NCBI GenBank assembly: GCA_963422375.2
Contig: OY729428.2
Span: 1,120,001-1,184,000, forward strand
Direction: 5' to 3'
From: Bryobacterales bacterium
Lineage (GTDB): Bacteria; Acidobacteriota; Terriglobia; Bryobacterales; UBA6623
Length of the DNA: 64,000 nt
Shown: piece after piece, positions 31,643 through 41,045 of the stretch
Layout of the letters: every line of letters begins with the position of its first letter
How positions within the stretch are numbered: position 1 is the stretch's first letter
Position numbers and translations under genes: made by a program
The notes under the pieces: model-generated
Told to the model about the DNA's origin: nothing
Seen by the model: only the letters and a program-made list of their open reading frames with translations
Databases searched by the model: none

Positions 31643-33991
31643 ATGAACCGCATTCACGGAGCGGCGTGGGCATTCGTCGGGGTCTTTGCGCTTGGCGCTT
31701 GGGCCGCCGCCATGGCCGCCCCGGCCCTACCCGACGAATTCACGCCCCAGCAACGCGCGTACTGGGCGTTCCAGCCGGTCTTGCACCCAGCTGCCCCCGT
31801 CCTGGCAGGCGCGGAGTGGGGGCGCAACGCGATCGACGGATTCGTGCTGCGCGCATTGAGGGAGAAGGGCCTGCAGCCATCCCCGCCCGCTGGCAGGATC
31901 ACGCTGATGCGGCGGGCCTACTTCGACCTGGTCGGCCTGCCTCCCGAGCCCGAGGACGCGCGCGAGTTCCTCGCCGACGACTCCCCCCGAGCCTACGAGC
32001 GGCTCGTCGAGCGCTTGCTCGCCTCGCCGCACTACGGCGAACGCTGGGGCCGGCACTGGCTGGATCTGGCTCGCTTCGCGGAGAGCGACGGATTCGAGCA
32101 GGACGGCGCGCGGCCCAACGCCTGGCGCTACCGCGACTACGTCATCGAGTCGTTCAACGCGGACAAGCCCTACGACCGCTTCGTCCGGGAGCAGGTTGCC
32201 GGCGACGAGCTGTGGCCGGACCGTTTCGACGCTCGCATCGCCACGGCCTTCAACCGCCACTACGCCGAGGAGGGCAACCAGAAGGACCTCCTGCTTGCCC
32301 GCCAGGAGACGCTCCACGATGTCACCGCCGTCGTCGGTTCGACGTTCCTCGGCCTGACCTTCTCCTGCGCGCAGTGCCACGACCACAAGTTCGATCCGAT
32401 CACGCAGAGGGACTACTACCGGCTCCAGGCGTTCTTCGCCAACGTCAAGCACGACGACCGGTTCCCGATCGCACCGCCGGACGAGCTCGCGGAGTACCGG
32501 CGCAGCCTATCGGAATGGGAGGCGAAGACCGCGTCGGTCTGGGCGGAGATGGCCGACCTGCTGATGCCGTACCGCACGTACACTCCCGAGCAATTGCTCG
32601 CGCGATACCCCGACTTTGTCATCGAGGCGATCGCGAAACGGCCCGGCGAGCGGACGGCAACGGAAGCATGGATGGCGAGCCTGCTTGCCACCAAGGACTG
32701 CGGCACCTGTCCGTTGCGCCCGGCGCCCTACAGGGATCCGGCATTTCGCAGTGTCGTCAGGAAGCTCGAGGGCAGGGACAAGGACCGTTTCGAGGAGTTG
32801 GAAGCACAGCTTGAAGAGTTCGCGCATCTCAAGCCTGCCGACATCAACCGCGGGTCCGGGATCGTCGATGTCAGCGCCCACGCCCCTCCCACCTACGTGC
32901 TGGCGAACGGTCTCTACACGAGTCCCCGAGAAGAGGTGCAGCCGGGCTTCCTTTCGATCCTTGACCCCCGGCCTGCGGCGATTTCGCCGCCTGCAGGCGG
33001 ACGTTCGACCGGACGGCGCACGGCGCTCTCGGAATGGCTCGTGGATCCCTCCAATCCGCTGACGGCGCGAGTGATGGCCAACCGGATCTGGCACCATCAC
33101 TTCGGCCGGGGCATCGTCGCGACGCCCGGCGACTTCGGCCTGATGGGCGAGCGCCCGTCCCATCCCGATCTATTGGACTGGCTGGCGGACGAGTTCGTGC
33201 GGGCCGGGTGGAGCCTCAAGCACGTCCACCGCCTGATCATGCTGTCGAGCACCTATCGACAAGGTGCGGGGCCGGCGGCCAGCACGCTGCTCGCCACCCA
33301 AGGCGCGTCGGATGCTGATGCTGGAGTCCGCGCGGCGTCGAAGGTCGATCCCTTCAACAAGCTCCTGTGGCGGTTCCCGCCCCGCAGGCACGACGGCGAG
33401 GTCGTCCGGGACGCCGGCCTAGCCGTGGCAGGCTTGCTCAACCGCAGGGTCGGTGGCCCCAGCGTGTTTCCGCCGCTCCCGGAGGGCATGCCGAAGCCGC
33501 GCGGCGACTGGGGCGCCGACACGGCGCCGTCGCGTCATCGGCGGCGCAGCGTGTACGTATTCGTGCAGCGGAACTCGCCCTATCCGATGCTGGATGCGTT
33601 CGACTTTCCGGATACCCACGAGTCGTGCGCGGCGCGCAATCGCACGGTCACGGCCCCGCAGGCGCTGGCCTTGCTGAACGGCGAGGAGCCTGCCGCGTGG
33701 GCGCGTTCCTTCGCGGGACGGGTGTTGGGCTTGGCGGGAGGCAACCCATCCGATCAGGTCGCCGCCGCATACCGCATCGCGTACTCGCGCAGCCCGGACC
33801 CGGCCGAGAAGGACATGGCGATGACGTTCTTGGAGAGCCACTCCAAACTGCTCGCTGAGGATCGCGATCAGGACGGGGAAGCGTCCGTGCCCGACTCACT
33901 GCCCCCGGGCGTGAGCCGCGAGCGGGCGGCGGCGCTGGTAGACTTCTGCCTGACGCTGCTGAACTCGAACGAGTTCGCGTACGCCTTCTAG
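31643..33991 (+). CDS. DUF1549/DUF1553 (PSD1/PSCyt2) secreted protein
   Basis: YWAFQP, DLVGLPP, YGERWGRHWLDLARFAES, CAQCHDHKFDPI, NPLTARVMANRIW, PSHPDLLDWLA, QALALLN. Confidence 0.92.
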   Translation: MNRIHGAAWAFVGVFALGAWAAAMAAPALPDEFTPQQRAYWAFQPVLHPAAPVLAGAEWGRNAIDGFVLRALREKGLQPSPPAGRITLMRRAYFDLVGLPPEPEDAREFLADDSPRAYERLVERLLASPHYGERWGRHWLDLARFAESDGFEQDGARPNAWRYRDYVIESFNADKPYDRFVREQVAGDELWPDRFDARIATAFNRHYAEEGNQKDLLLARQETLHDVTAVVGSTFLGLTFSCAQCHDHKFDPITQRDYYRLQAFFANVKHDDRFPIAPPDELAEYRRSLSEWEAKTASVWAEMADLLMPYRTYTPEQLLARYPDFVIEAIAKRPGERTATEAWMASLLATKDCGTCPLRPAPYRDPAFRSVVRKLEGRDKDRFEELEAQLEEFAHLKPADINRGSGIVDVSAHAPPTYVLANGLYTSPREEVQPGFLSILDPRPAAISPPAGGRSTGRRTALSEWLVDPSNPLTARVMANRIWHHHFGRGIVATPGDFGLMGERPSHPDLLDWLADEFVRAGWSLKHVHRLIMLSSTYRQGAGPAASTLLATQGASDADAGVRAASKVDPFNKLLWRFPPRRHDGEVVRDAGLAVAGLLNRRVGGPSVFPPLPEGMPKPRGDWGADTAPSRHRRRSVYVFVQRNSPYPMLDAFDFPDTHESCAARNRTVTAPQALALLNGEEPAAWARSFAGRVLGLAGGNPSDQVAAAYRIAYSRSPDPAEKDMAMTFLESHSKLLAEDRDQDGEASVPDSLPPGVSRERAAALVDFCLTLLNSNEFAYAF

Positions 33992-33996
33992 AGAGC

Positions 33997-35472
33997 ATGC
34001 CCGTGCCGATGCCGAACCGCGCGCCTCGCCGCCAGGGCGCTGTCTCGCGTCGGGAGTTGCTCTCGCGCACGGGAAGCGGGCTGGGGAGCCTGGCACTCGC
34101 CCACCTGCTGTCGTCCACCGGCGCGCTGCCCCCGGCGAATGCCGCCCGGCGCAGCGGGTTGGAGCCGCGCGAGCCCCATCACGAGCCTCGCGCCAAGTCC
34201 GTGATCTGGCTCTTTATGGAGGGCGGGCCCAGTCACATCGACCTTTTCGACCCCAAGCCCGAACTCGAGCGGCTCGCCGGCCAAGTGACGCCGCCGTCGT
34301 TCAATCTGCCGGTGACCAGCGCCACGGGCTCGCATCGCATGCCGCTCGTGCCGTCGCGGAGGCAGTGGCGGCGGCACGGACAGAGCGGACTGTGGGTGTC
34401 GGATTGGTATCCCCACTTAGCCGAGCATGTCGACGATCTCGCGGTTATCAGGTCCTGCTGGTCCAACGGCGTCAACCACGTGGGCGCCAATCGTCAGATG
34501 AACACCGGCTCGATTCTCGCCGGACGGCCTTCTTTGGGCGCATGGACGACCTACGGCCTAGGCACGGCGAACGAGGATCTGCCCGCTTTCGTCGTCCTGA
34601 CGGACAGCAAGGTGGTGCGCGGCGGCCCGACCAACTGGGGTGCCGGATTCCTCCCGGCGACATTCCAGGGGACGCACTTCCGCCAGCAGGGACCTCCGAT
34701 CCTCGACCTGCGGCCGCCCGCCAACGTGACGGATCGCCAGCAGCGGAGCAGGCTCGATCTCCTGCAGTCCCTGAACCGGCATCATGCCGGTCGCTGGCCG
34801 TCCGACGACGAGCTCGACGCGAGGATCGAATCGTACGAGCTCGCCTACCGCATGCAGCAGACGGCGCCCGAGGCGGTGGATCTTGACGAGGAGAGCGAAG
34901 CGACCAAGCGCCTGTACGGCATGGACGAGGAGGAGTCGCGGAAGTTCGGCGCGAACTGCCTGCTAGCCAGGCGCCTTGTGGAGCGCGGCGTGCGGTTCGT
35001 CGAGGCCTATTGCGGCAGCGGCAGCGGCTGGGACGGGCATGCCAAGCTGGAAGAGAACCACACTAAGTGGTGCAAGGTCTCCGACCGACCTGTCGCGGGC
35101 CTTCTGGCCGACTTGAAAGGCCGCGGCCTGCTGGACACCACCTTGGTGGTTTGGGGCGGCGAATTCGGCCGCACTCCATTCACCGACACGAACTCCCTCT
35201 CGGTTCCGGCCGACAAGTATGGTCGCGACCACAACCCGTGGGGATTCACGATCTGGATGGCGGGGGCCGGCATCCGGGGAGGCCGCGCCATCGGCTCGAC
35301 CGACGAGATCGGCTTCCGGGCCGTGGACAAGCCGTACCATGTCCATGACATCCACGCCACGATCCTGCACCTCCTGGGTCTCAACCACTTGGACGTGACG
35401 TACTTGCACAACGGTCGCTCCGAGAGGTCCACGATCAACGGAGGACACCTAATCGAGGAAGTGCTGGCGTGA
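33997..35472 (+). CDS. DUF1501 domain protein (Tat signal)
   Basis: SRRELL, WLFMEGGPSHIDLFDPKP, ARRLVERGVRFV, WGGEFGRTP, GRDHNP. Confidence 0.92.
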   Translation: MPVPMPNRAPRRQGAVSRRELLSRTGSGLGSLALAHLLSSTGALPPANAARRSGLEPREPHHEPRAKSVIWLFMEGGPSHIDLFDPKPELERLAGQVTPPSFNLPVTSATGSHRMPLVPSRRQWRRHGQSGLWVSDWYPHLAEHVDDLAVIRSCWSNGVNHVGANRQMNTGSILAGRPSLGAWTTYGLGTANEDLPAFVVLTDSKVVRGGPTNWGAGFLPATFQGTHFRQQGPPILDLRPPANVTDRQQRSRLDLLQSLNRHHAGRWPSDDELDARIESYELAYRMQQTAPEAVDLDEESEATKRLYGMDEEESRKFGANCLLARRLVERGVRFVEAYCGSGSGWDGHAKLEENHTKWCKVSDRPVAGLLADLKGRGLLDTTLVVWGGEFGRTPFTDTNSLSVPADKYGRDHNPWGFTIWMAGAGIRGGRAIGSTDEIGFRAVDKPYHVHDIHATILHLLGLNHLDVTYLHNGRSERSTINGGHLIEEVLA

Positions 35473-35548
35473 GCGCGGACGGAAAGACCGCGACCTCGCG
35501 GCGTCCGTCGACCGGCCCGCTTGGAATCGCAGCAGCGGAAGCGGCGGC

Positions 35549-35881
35549 ATGACCACCTTCGATTTCTTCGTCCAACACGGATGCGTTCCCGAAGACGCCA
35601 GGCAGGAGATCGAATCCGCGCTTGCATCCGTTTGCAGCGACATCCTCGGCCCGGGTGCGACACCGGTCTCCGCCTCGTGGACGGTGATCGGGAAGGGATT
35701 CGGTTTCCGCGGCGGGAAGCCGTCCACGACGTCCCTTGTTCGCGGCCGGATCCCGGACGGCTGCGGCTCGGAAACGAGAGCCCGGTTTCTCCGCACCGTC
35801 GCGGAGGAGTGGTGCCGCATCACCGGCGCGGCGCAAGACGAAGTGATCGTGTCGGCCCGCGACTGGAGCTGGGCCGGCTGA
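35549..35881 (+). CDS. Tautomerase-fold small protein lacking Pro-1
   Basis: 110 aa; two beta-alpha-beta-like units, F.GGKPS..SLV.G motif; directly upstream of tautomerase gene. Confidence 0.5.
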   Translation: MTTFDFFVQHGCVPEDARQEIESALASVCSDILGPGATPVSASWTVIGKGFGFRGGKPSTTSLVRGRIPDGCGSETRARFLRTVAEEWCRITGAAQDEVIVSARDWSWAG

Positions 35882-35909
35882 TCCGAGCCAATGCGAGAGG
35901 AGCCCACCC

Positions 35910-36335
35910 ATGCCGTTCTATCGCTGCTTGATTCCCGAGGACTCGCTGACCTACGACCAGCGGGAGCGTATCGCCGTGGCGTTCACGGACGTTCACTGCG
36001 GACTCTCGGGCGCGCCGCGGAGCTTCGTGCAGGTCGCGTTCCTGGAGACGGACGGCTCTCGCGAGGTGGCCGACGCCTACGGCCAGGGCACGATGAAATT
36101 CAGCACGCCGTACTTCATTGCCGGCGGCAACCGAGCGGGACGCTCCCCGGACATGAAGAGCAGGATCCTCGAGGGGTTGCTGGGCCGGTTCGCCGAGATC
36201 GCGGGCATTTCCGGGGAGATGGTGTCCGGGCGCATTAGCGAGGCCCCTGCCTCATGGACGATGGAGGAGGGGAAGATCCTGCCCGATCCAGGGCAGGAAT
36301 CCGAGTGGTTCGCGCAGCATGCGCGCTCGGGGTAG
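35910..36335 (+). CDS. Tautomerase superfamily protein, cis-CaaD-like
   Basis: GAGGAG RBS; N-terminal MP (Pro-1), AFTDVH, GGNRAGRS Arg pair. Confidence 0.75.
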   Translation: MPFYRCLIPEDSLTYDQRERIAVAFTDVHCGLSGAPRSFVQVAFLETDGSREVADAYGQGTMKFSTPYFIAGGNRAGRSPDMKSRILEGLLGRFAEIAGISGEMVSGRISEAPASWTMEEGKILPDPGQESEWFAQHARSG

Positions 36336-36585
36336 CTGGCTCCAAAGTCCCTCCAATCGAGATCGTCCGCCGAATGGTGGCGATTTCCTCACTTCTAGGC
36401 GAAGACTTGGGTTGGGAGGCGGCTTGGCGTGCCGGCCTTTCGAGCGCTCATTTCGAAGTCCACTTCGGCGCTACCCTTGAGACTGTCCCGCCGGGCGAGG
36501 GCAACCTCCTATTGAAGCTGTAGGTGTACACTATCAAGCGTGCCCCATTGTCGGCTGTGGCGCTGATCGAATCGACCAACAAAGG

Positions 36586-37262
36586 TCACCGCATGGGAGA
36601 AGGAGATGCCTTGATGACGAGGTTGAAATGTGCAAGAGCGCTCGCTTTGATCTGTTCGCCAATCACTTCGGCGAACAATGGAGGAACTGCATTTCCGATT
36701 TGCATGCATACTTTGTCCATTCGATCCGTAGCAAACACATAATCTTGCGGAAACGTCTGGAGCAGGGCTGCTTCCCGAACAGAGATAGTCGTCCGTCCGC
36801 CGTCGGGGTGGCCGAAACGCCCCTTTGCTGGTGTTGTACAGCCGGCTGTGATGGTCGGTGACGCTTGGTCCCAGGACATTCGACCGTAGATATTCGTGAA
36901 GCCCACATAGTTTCCTTGATGGCAGGTGGGCCGAAGACTCTCATCAATGTCGCGCCAAGACCCGCCAGGGACAGCCGCACGCAGCCTTGCCTCGGTCTGC
37001 GGTTGAAGATCCCTGACAACATGCCAGCCGAATCGCTGAGGGCCCCCGCACTCCATCGCGCGCTTCATTTGCAACGGCATGCCTAGTCGAGGCAGCGCTT
37101 CTCGAACCGTTACCCAAGGGCGGAGACGTCTATCAGGTTTCGGATGTCGTGCATGGGTGATCGGTGGAAACGGAATAGCGAAGCCACGCCCAGCCATGAT
37201 CACAAGTCGTCTCCTTGACTGAGGGACTCCATAATCCGCCATTTGCAGCACCCTGCTAGTTA
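36586..37262 (-). pseudogene. dcm: DNA (cytosine-5)-methyltransferase, C-terminal part only
   Basis: ADYGVPQSRRR (motif VIII), YGRMSWD, TISVREAALLQTFP (IX), QIGNAVPP (X); motifs I-VI absent, cut at MITE copy 2. Confidence 0.85.
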
Positions 37263-37517
37263 GTGCCCGTGACAAAACTCGTATCCCCTTGACAACAAAG
37301 GCGTTAGGCCCAATCTCTCAAGGCGAAGATTTCGCTGGAATGCTACGACTAATCCGAAATCCTGGCGATTCTGGGTAGAGCGCGGAAATCTTCGCGATTG
37401 GCGGCTGAGCAACTTCCGACCTTGGGCCCTATATGTTGTGTTTGGAGATCCATCCGACCTCAGGATGTAGTATGAAATGCTGATCAGGCCAGAATTCAGG
37501 GGTTTTGTCACAAGCAC
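37263..37517. mobile_element. MITE copy 2 (255 bp), 3 substitutions vs copy 1
   Basis: Direct copy of 22062..22316; flanks TAGTTA and TAATTA. Confidence 0.9.
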
Positions 37518-37709
37518 TAATTAGTGGGCTCGGTACTTGTGGGCAGCTCAGTCTCGGAGGATTCAGATAGGCGATGAAGATCGACGAGATTTCCCGCCCA
37601 CGCGACCAGAAACGGGATGCACGAGCCGGGAGAAAACTCTTGACGCTCTCTGTATCATACTAAGTGGCTGATAAGACTGCAGGAGGCTCGGGAGGCAGGC
37701 CTGCGAGCA

Positions 37710-40700
37710 ATGGGCCAATGGATGCGGATCTGGACGTCACTAGCGACGGCTGCGGCCATCGCCGGCCTGTGCCTGGCCGCCCAAGCGCAGGAGCCCCCAG
37801 TCGAACCAGCGAACCGCACCGAGCTTCTCGAGCGCTTCGCGCAGAGGTTCCGGGGCGAGATTTACCCGCTGCTGGCTCGAGACTCGAATGGCTGCAGGCT
37901 CTGCCACAACGCAGACACCGCCCGCGCGTTTCGAGTCCTCGCGTCCCCGGTGTCAACATTCAGCCTGCTGCTGGAACACGATCTCCTCGCGCCGGGCGAT
38001 CCGATGGCGATTCCGGGCCGGCTGGAGACGGAAGACAACGGGCTGCGAATGCCGCAGGCAGGCACCCTGGCCGCGACGGAAATCGATCTGATCCGGCGGT
38101 TCGCGTCCGAGCTCGACCAGTCACTGAGAGATCTCGATGCGACTGCCGGGCTGCGCCGAGACGAGCGTTTCCCGGACAGTCTCCTGCTCGGGTACGACGG
38201 AGAGGCCCGCGACGAGCAAGTGCGACGGCGGATGAGCTACTTCCAGTTGCAGCGGTCGTACGCAACTCTCTTCGGCGCGCAGTGGCTGGCCGGATCGGGC
38301 GCCGACCTGTTCCGTAACAAGGCGCATGCTTTGGGCGGGGCGGACTTCCGCAGCAGCTTCGACGTCGCGCGAACGGTGACCGCGAGCTACCTAGCAGCCG
38401 TCCAAGAGGTCGCTCGCAAGGCGGCTCGCCGGTTCGTGTCGGCGCCGCGAGAAGCACTCTTCGAGGGTTTCGACCCCGACACGGTCGTCGACACCAACCC
38501 GAGGGCCGCCAGACAGAACGTACGCACCCTGTACAGGCGCATCCTGTTCGCCGACCCGGATAGGGACGAGGTGGACAGGGCGTTGCGGCTGGTGCGGGAA
38601 CTGCAGGCCATGCGCGAGTCGGGGCGAACGGTTCGCTTCGCGATGAGCGTCACGGACACGGACGGACGCCGCGACCGCAAGGAGGTCGACGTCAGGCTGC
38701 GCGCGTCGAGGGCGTCCGTGTCGCGGCACCTGCTGGACCAGACCCGGGTCCCGCAGGGCGATCCGTGGGTGCGCGTCGGCAGCGCGCCGTTCCGGTTCGA
38801 AGCGGGGAATCCGGACCACTTCGTGCGGCTCGTGGCGCGGCCCGGCAACCACGTCACCGCGTTCGACGCGGTCAAGCTGGCGCGAGTCCGCGACGGCGCG
38901 GAGGCAGGCGAAGCGGTCGTGCTGGACAATCTCGACCCGGAATGCACGGTTTCCGGCAGCTGGGAGCCCGTGTCGCGGGACGGCGAGCGGAGCCGCGCCG
39001 GGGATCCCAAGAAGAAGTACGACCTGGACCTGCACGTCGTCGGGAGCAATCATCTCGAGCGGCGCAGCTTGGAGAACCGGCTGGGCTGGGTCACCGTCGC
39101 GCTGCGCATCCCGGAGGACGGCGACTACAACGTCTACCTGAGCTGGCCGGGAATCCCTCGAGCCGCCGAGGCCGCGCTCGTGGAAGTGCATGCCGCGACA
39201 GGCTCCGCCCGCCCCGTGATCGAACGCAGCGCGAGGGAGCCCGGATTCGCGACTGCCTACCTCGACCAGACCGAGAGCACCCTAGACGCCGCGGGCGAGA
39301 CGCAGTGGCAGCTCGTGCATCGCGAGGTGCTGCTCGGGGGCCCCGCCGACTTCGTTCAAGTCAGCAACCGAGGCGTGGACTCGGCCGAGAGAGTCATCGT
39401 GGCCGACGCCGTCAAGTTCGTGTCGCTCGAGGACGGCACCGAGGTGATCATTGACAACTCCTCGGAGGAGGGCTTCGAGGCGTCCCCGGGCTGGGCCCCC
39501 GACCAGTTGGTCCGCAACCTGCCGGGACGAGGCAAGATGTTCGGCGAAGATGTCCTGCACTACCCGCCGTCCGAGAGCGGCGAGCCGCGCGAGGACGTCG
39601 AAATCGACCCGGGCCTCGGCGTGTGGGCCAGGTACCGGCCCGTTGCGGACGGCAAGTACCGCCCAGGCTGGTACAGCGTCCATGCGTGGACGCCGGGCGG
39701 GCACACCCATGCCGACAGGGTTCCCATCGACATCAGGGGGAGCGCATTCGCGCCGGTAGGCTTCGTCGAGGCCCCGCCGAATTTCAATGTCGGCGAGACT
39801 GCCTTGCTGAACGCCAGCGAAACCTACCACCCGGCGGGCCAGCCGCTCGCGTACCGCTGGAGCCACAACGCAAGCGACCTCGGGCTTCGGATCGAAGGCG
39901 GCTCCACGCCGACCCCTCGATTCCATGTCCCTTCGCTCGACTCGCCGCGCCCGGGCTGGGCCGGCCTGATCGAAGCCCTGCTGCAGCGCCCGGAGTTCCT
40001 GATGCCCGGCGACGGCCGGGAGGAGCGCCCGTCCGCCAAGCTGGCCCGCGTCGCGCTCGACCTGGCGGGCCGGATCCCCACGCCGGCGGAAGCGCGCCGC
40101 TTCGAGCGCGACGGGCGCCTCGAGCCCATGATTGACGGCTACCTGGCCTCCGACGACTTCAGGGACTTCTTCTTCCACCGAGCCCGCGCGCACTTCCGTT
40201 CTCGCGGCACTGAGGAGAGCGACGAGCCGGCGCGCCTGTGGACCTATATCGCGACGAGCGACCTGTCGTACCGGGAGCTATTCACCGCCAACTACACGGT
40301 CGACTCGGACTGGCAAAGGGTCGACCGCCGACCCGTCCACGGGCCGACCGGATTCCTCACCATGAAAGGCTACATGGCCGGCAAGCCCGGCCTGCCGCGG
40401 TACACGTACCCCGCGCAAGTCCTCACGTTCGCTCTCGGGGTGCAGTTCGAAGTCTCCGACGCGGTCGAGGACGCCCGCGACCAAGTGGCGAGCACGACCG
40501 ACCCGGCCAGCGTGTGCTACTCGTGCCACCGCCTGCTGACCCCGCTCGCGTTCCAGAGGGAGCGCTGGGACGCGCACGGACACTACCGCGAAGTCGACGC
40601 CGAGCACCGGCCGATCGACGACAGCGACCGGGGCGTCGTGCCCGACTACCCGTTCAAGGGCACCGGGCTGGCCGCCTTCGCGTCGCAGGTGGTGCGCAAG

Positions 40701-40892
40701 GAGAGATTCGTGCGGGCGTTCGTCAACCTGCACCACGACATGCTGTTCCACCGCCCGCTGCGCCTCTACGAGGACCAGAGGGACGACTACCGGGAGCTGT
40801 TCGACTTCTCGATGGCGAGCGACCTGCGGATCCGCCCGTTGCTGAAGAAGCTGATTCTCATGCGTTACGGCGCGGCGTCCGGAGAGACCTAG
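37710..40892 (+). CDS. Large secreted cytochrome c protein with planctomycete-type (DUF1549/DUF1588-like) segments and golvesin-like/PKD-like inserts
   Basis: Signal peptide; CRLCH and CYSCH; RVALDLAGRIPT; two DAVK(L/F) beta-sandwich motifs; LLNASET...LAYRWS. Confidence 0.6.
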   Translation: MGQWMRIWTSLATAAAIAGLCLAAQAQEPPVEPANRTELLERFAQRFRGEIYPLLARDSNGCRLCHNADTARAFRVLASPVSTFSLLLEHDLLAPGDPMAIPGRLETEDNGLRMPQAGTLAATEIDLIRRFASELDQSLRDLDATAGLRRDERFPDSLLLGYDGEARDEQVRRRMSYFQLQRSYATLFGAQWLAGSGADLFRNKAHALGGADFRSSFDVARTVTASYLAAVQEVARKAARRFVSAPREALFEGFDPDTVVDTNPRAARQNVRTLYRRILFADPDRDEVDRALRLVRELQAMRESGRTVRFAMSVTDTDGRRDRKEVDVRLRASRASVSRHLLDQTRVPQGDPWVRVGSAPFRFEAGNPDHFVRLVARPGNHVTAFDAVKLARVRDGAEAGEAVVLDNLDPECTVSGSWEPVSRDGERSRAGDPKKKYDLDLHVVGSNHLERRSLENRLGWVTVALRIPEDGDYNVYLSWPGIPRAAEAALVEVHAATGSARPVIERSAREPGFATAYLDQTESTLDAAGETQWQLVHREVLLGGPADFVQVSNRGVDSAERVIVADAVKFVSLEDGTEVIIDNSSEEGFEASPGWAPDQLVRNLPGRGKMFGEDVLHYPPSESGEPREDVEIDPGLGVWARYRPVADGKYRPGWYSVHAWTPGGHTHADRVPIDIRGSAFAPVGFVEAPPNFNVGETALLNASETYHPAGQPLAYRWSHNASDLGLRIEGGSTPTPRFHVPSLDSPRPGWAGLIEALLQRPEFLMPGDGREERPSAKLARVALDLAGRIPTPAEARRFERDGRLEPMIDGYLASDDFRDFFFHRARAHFRSRGTEESDEPARLWTYIATSDLSYRELFTANYTVDSDWQRVDRRPVHGPTGFLTMKGYMAGKPGLPRYTYPAQVLTFALGVQFEVSDAVEDARDQVASTTDPASVCYSCHRLLTPLAFQRERWDAHGHYREVDAEHRPIDDSDRGVVPDYPFKGTGLAAFASQVVRKERFVRAFVNLHHDMLFHRPLRLYEDQRDDYRELFDFSMASDLRIRPLLKKLILMRYGAASGET

Positions 40893-41045
40893 CCCCGGAC
40901 CGGCAGCGCACCGAGCGCCGTCGACCGCTCGGTTGGCGATCCGACGCAACGATTCCGCCCGCTCCGAGCAGATTCCGAGCCGTGGCCGCCCCCGCCGGAC
41001 CTATAATCGGACGGACGGGACGGTGGGCCGCACGCCGAGACAGCT

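Noticed and set aside
22062..37517. Composite transposon bounded by the two MITE copies
   Set aside because: Copy 1 has its own perfect TSD and sits inside a gene that continues on both sides; the outer flanks TACCTA and TAATTA do not match
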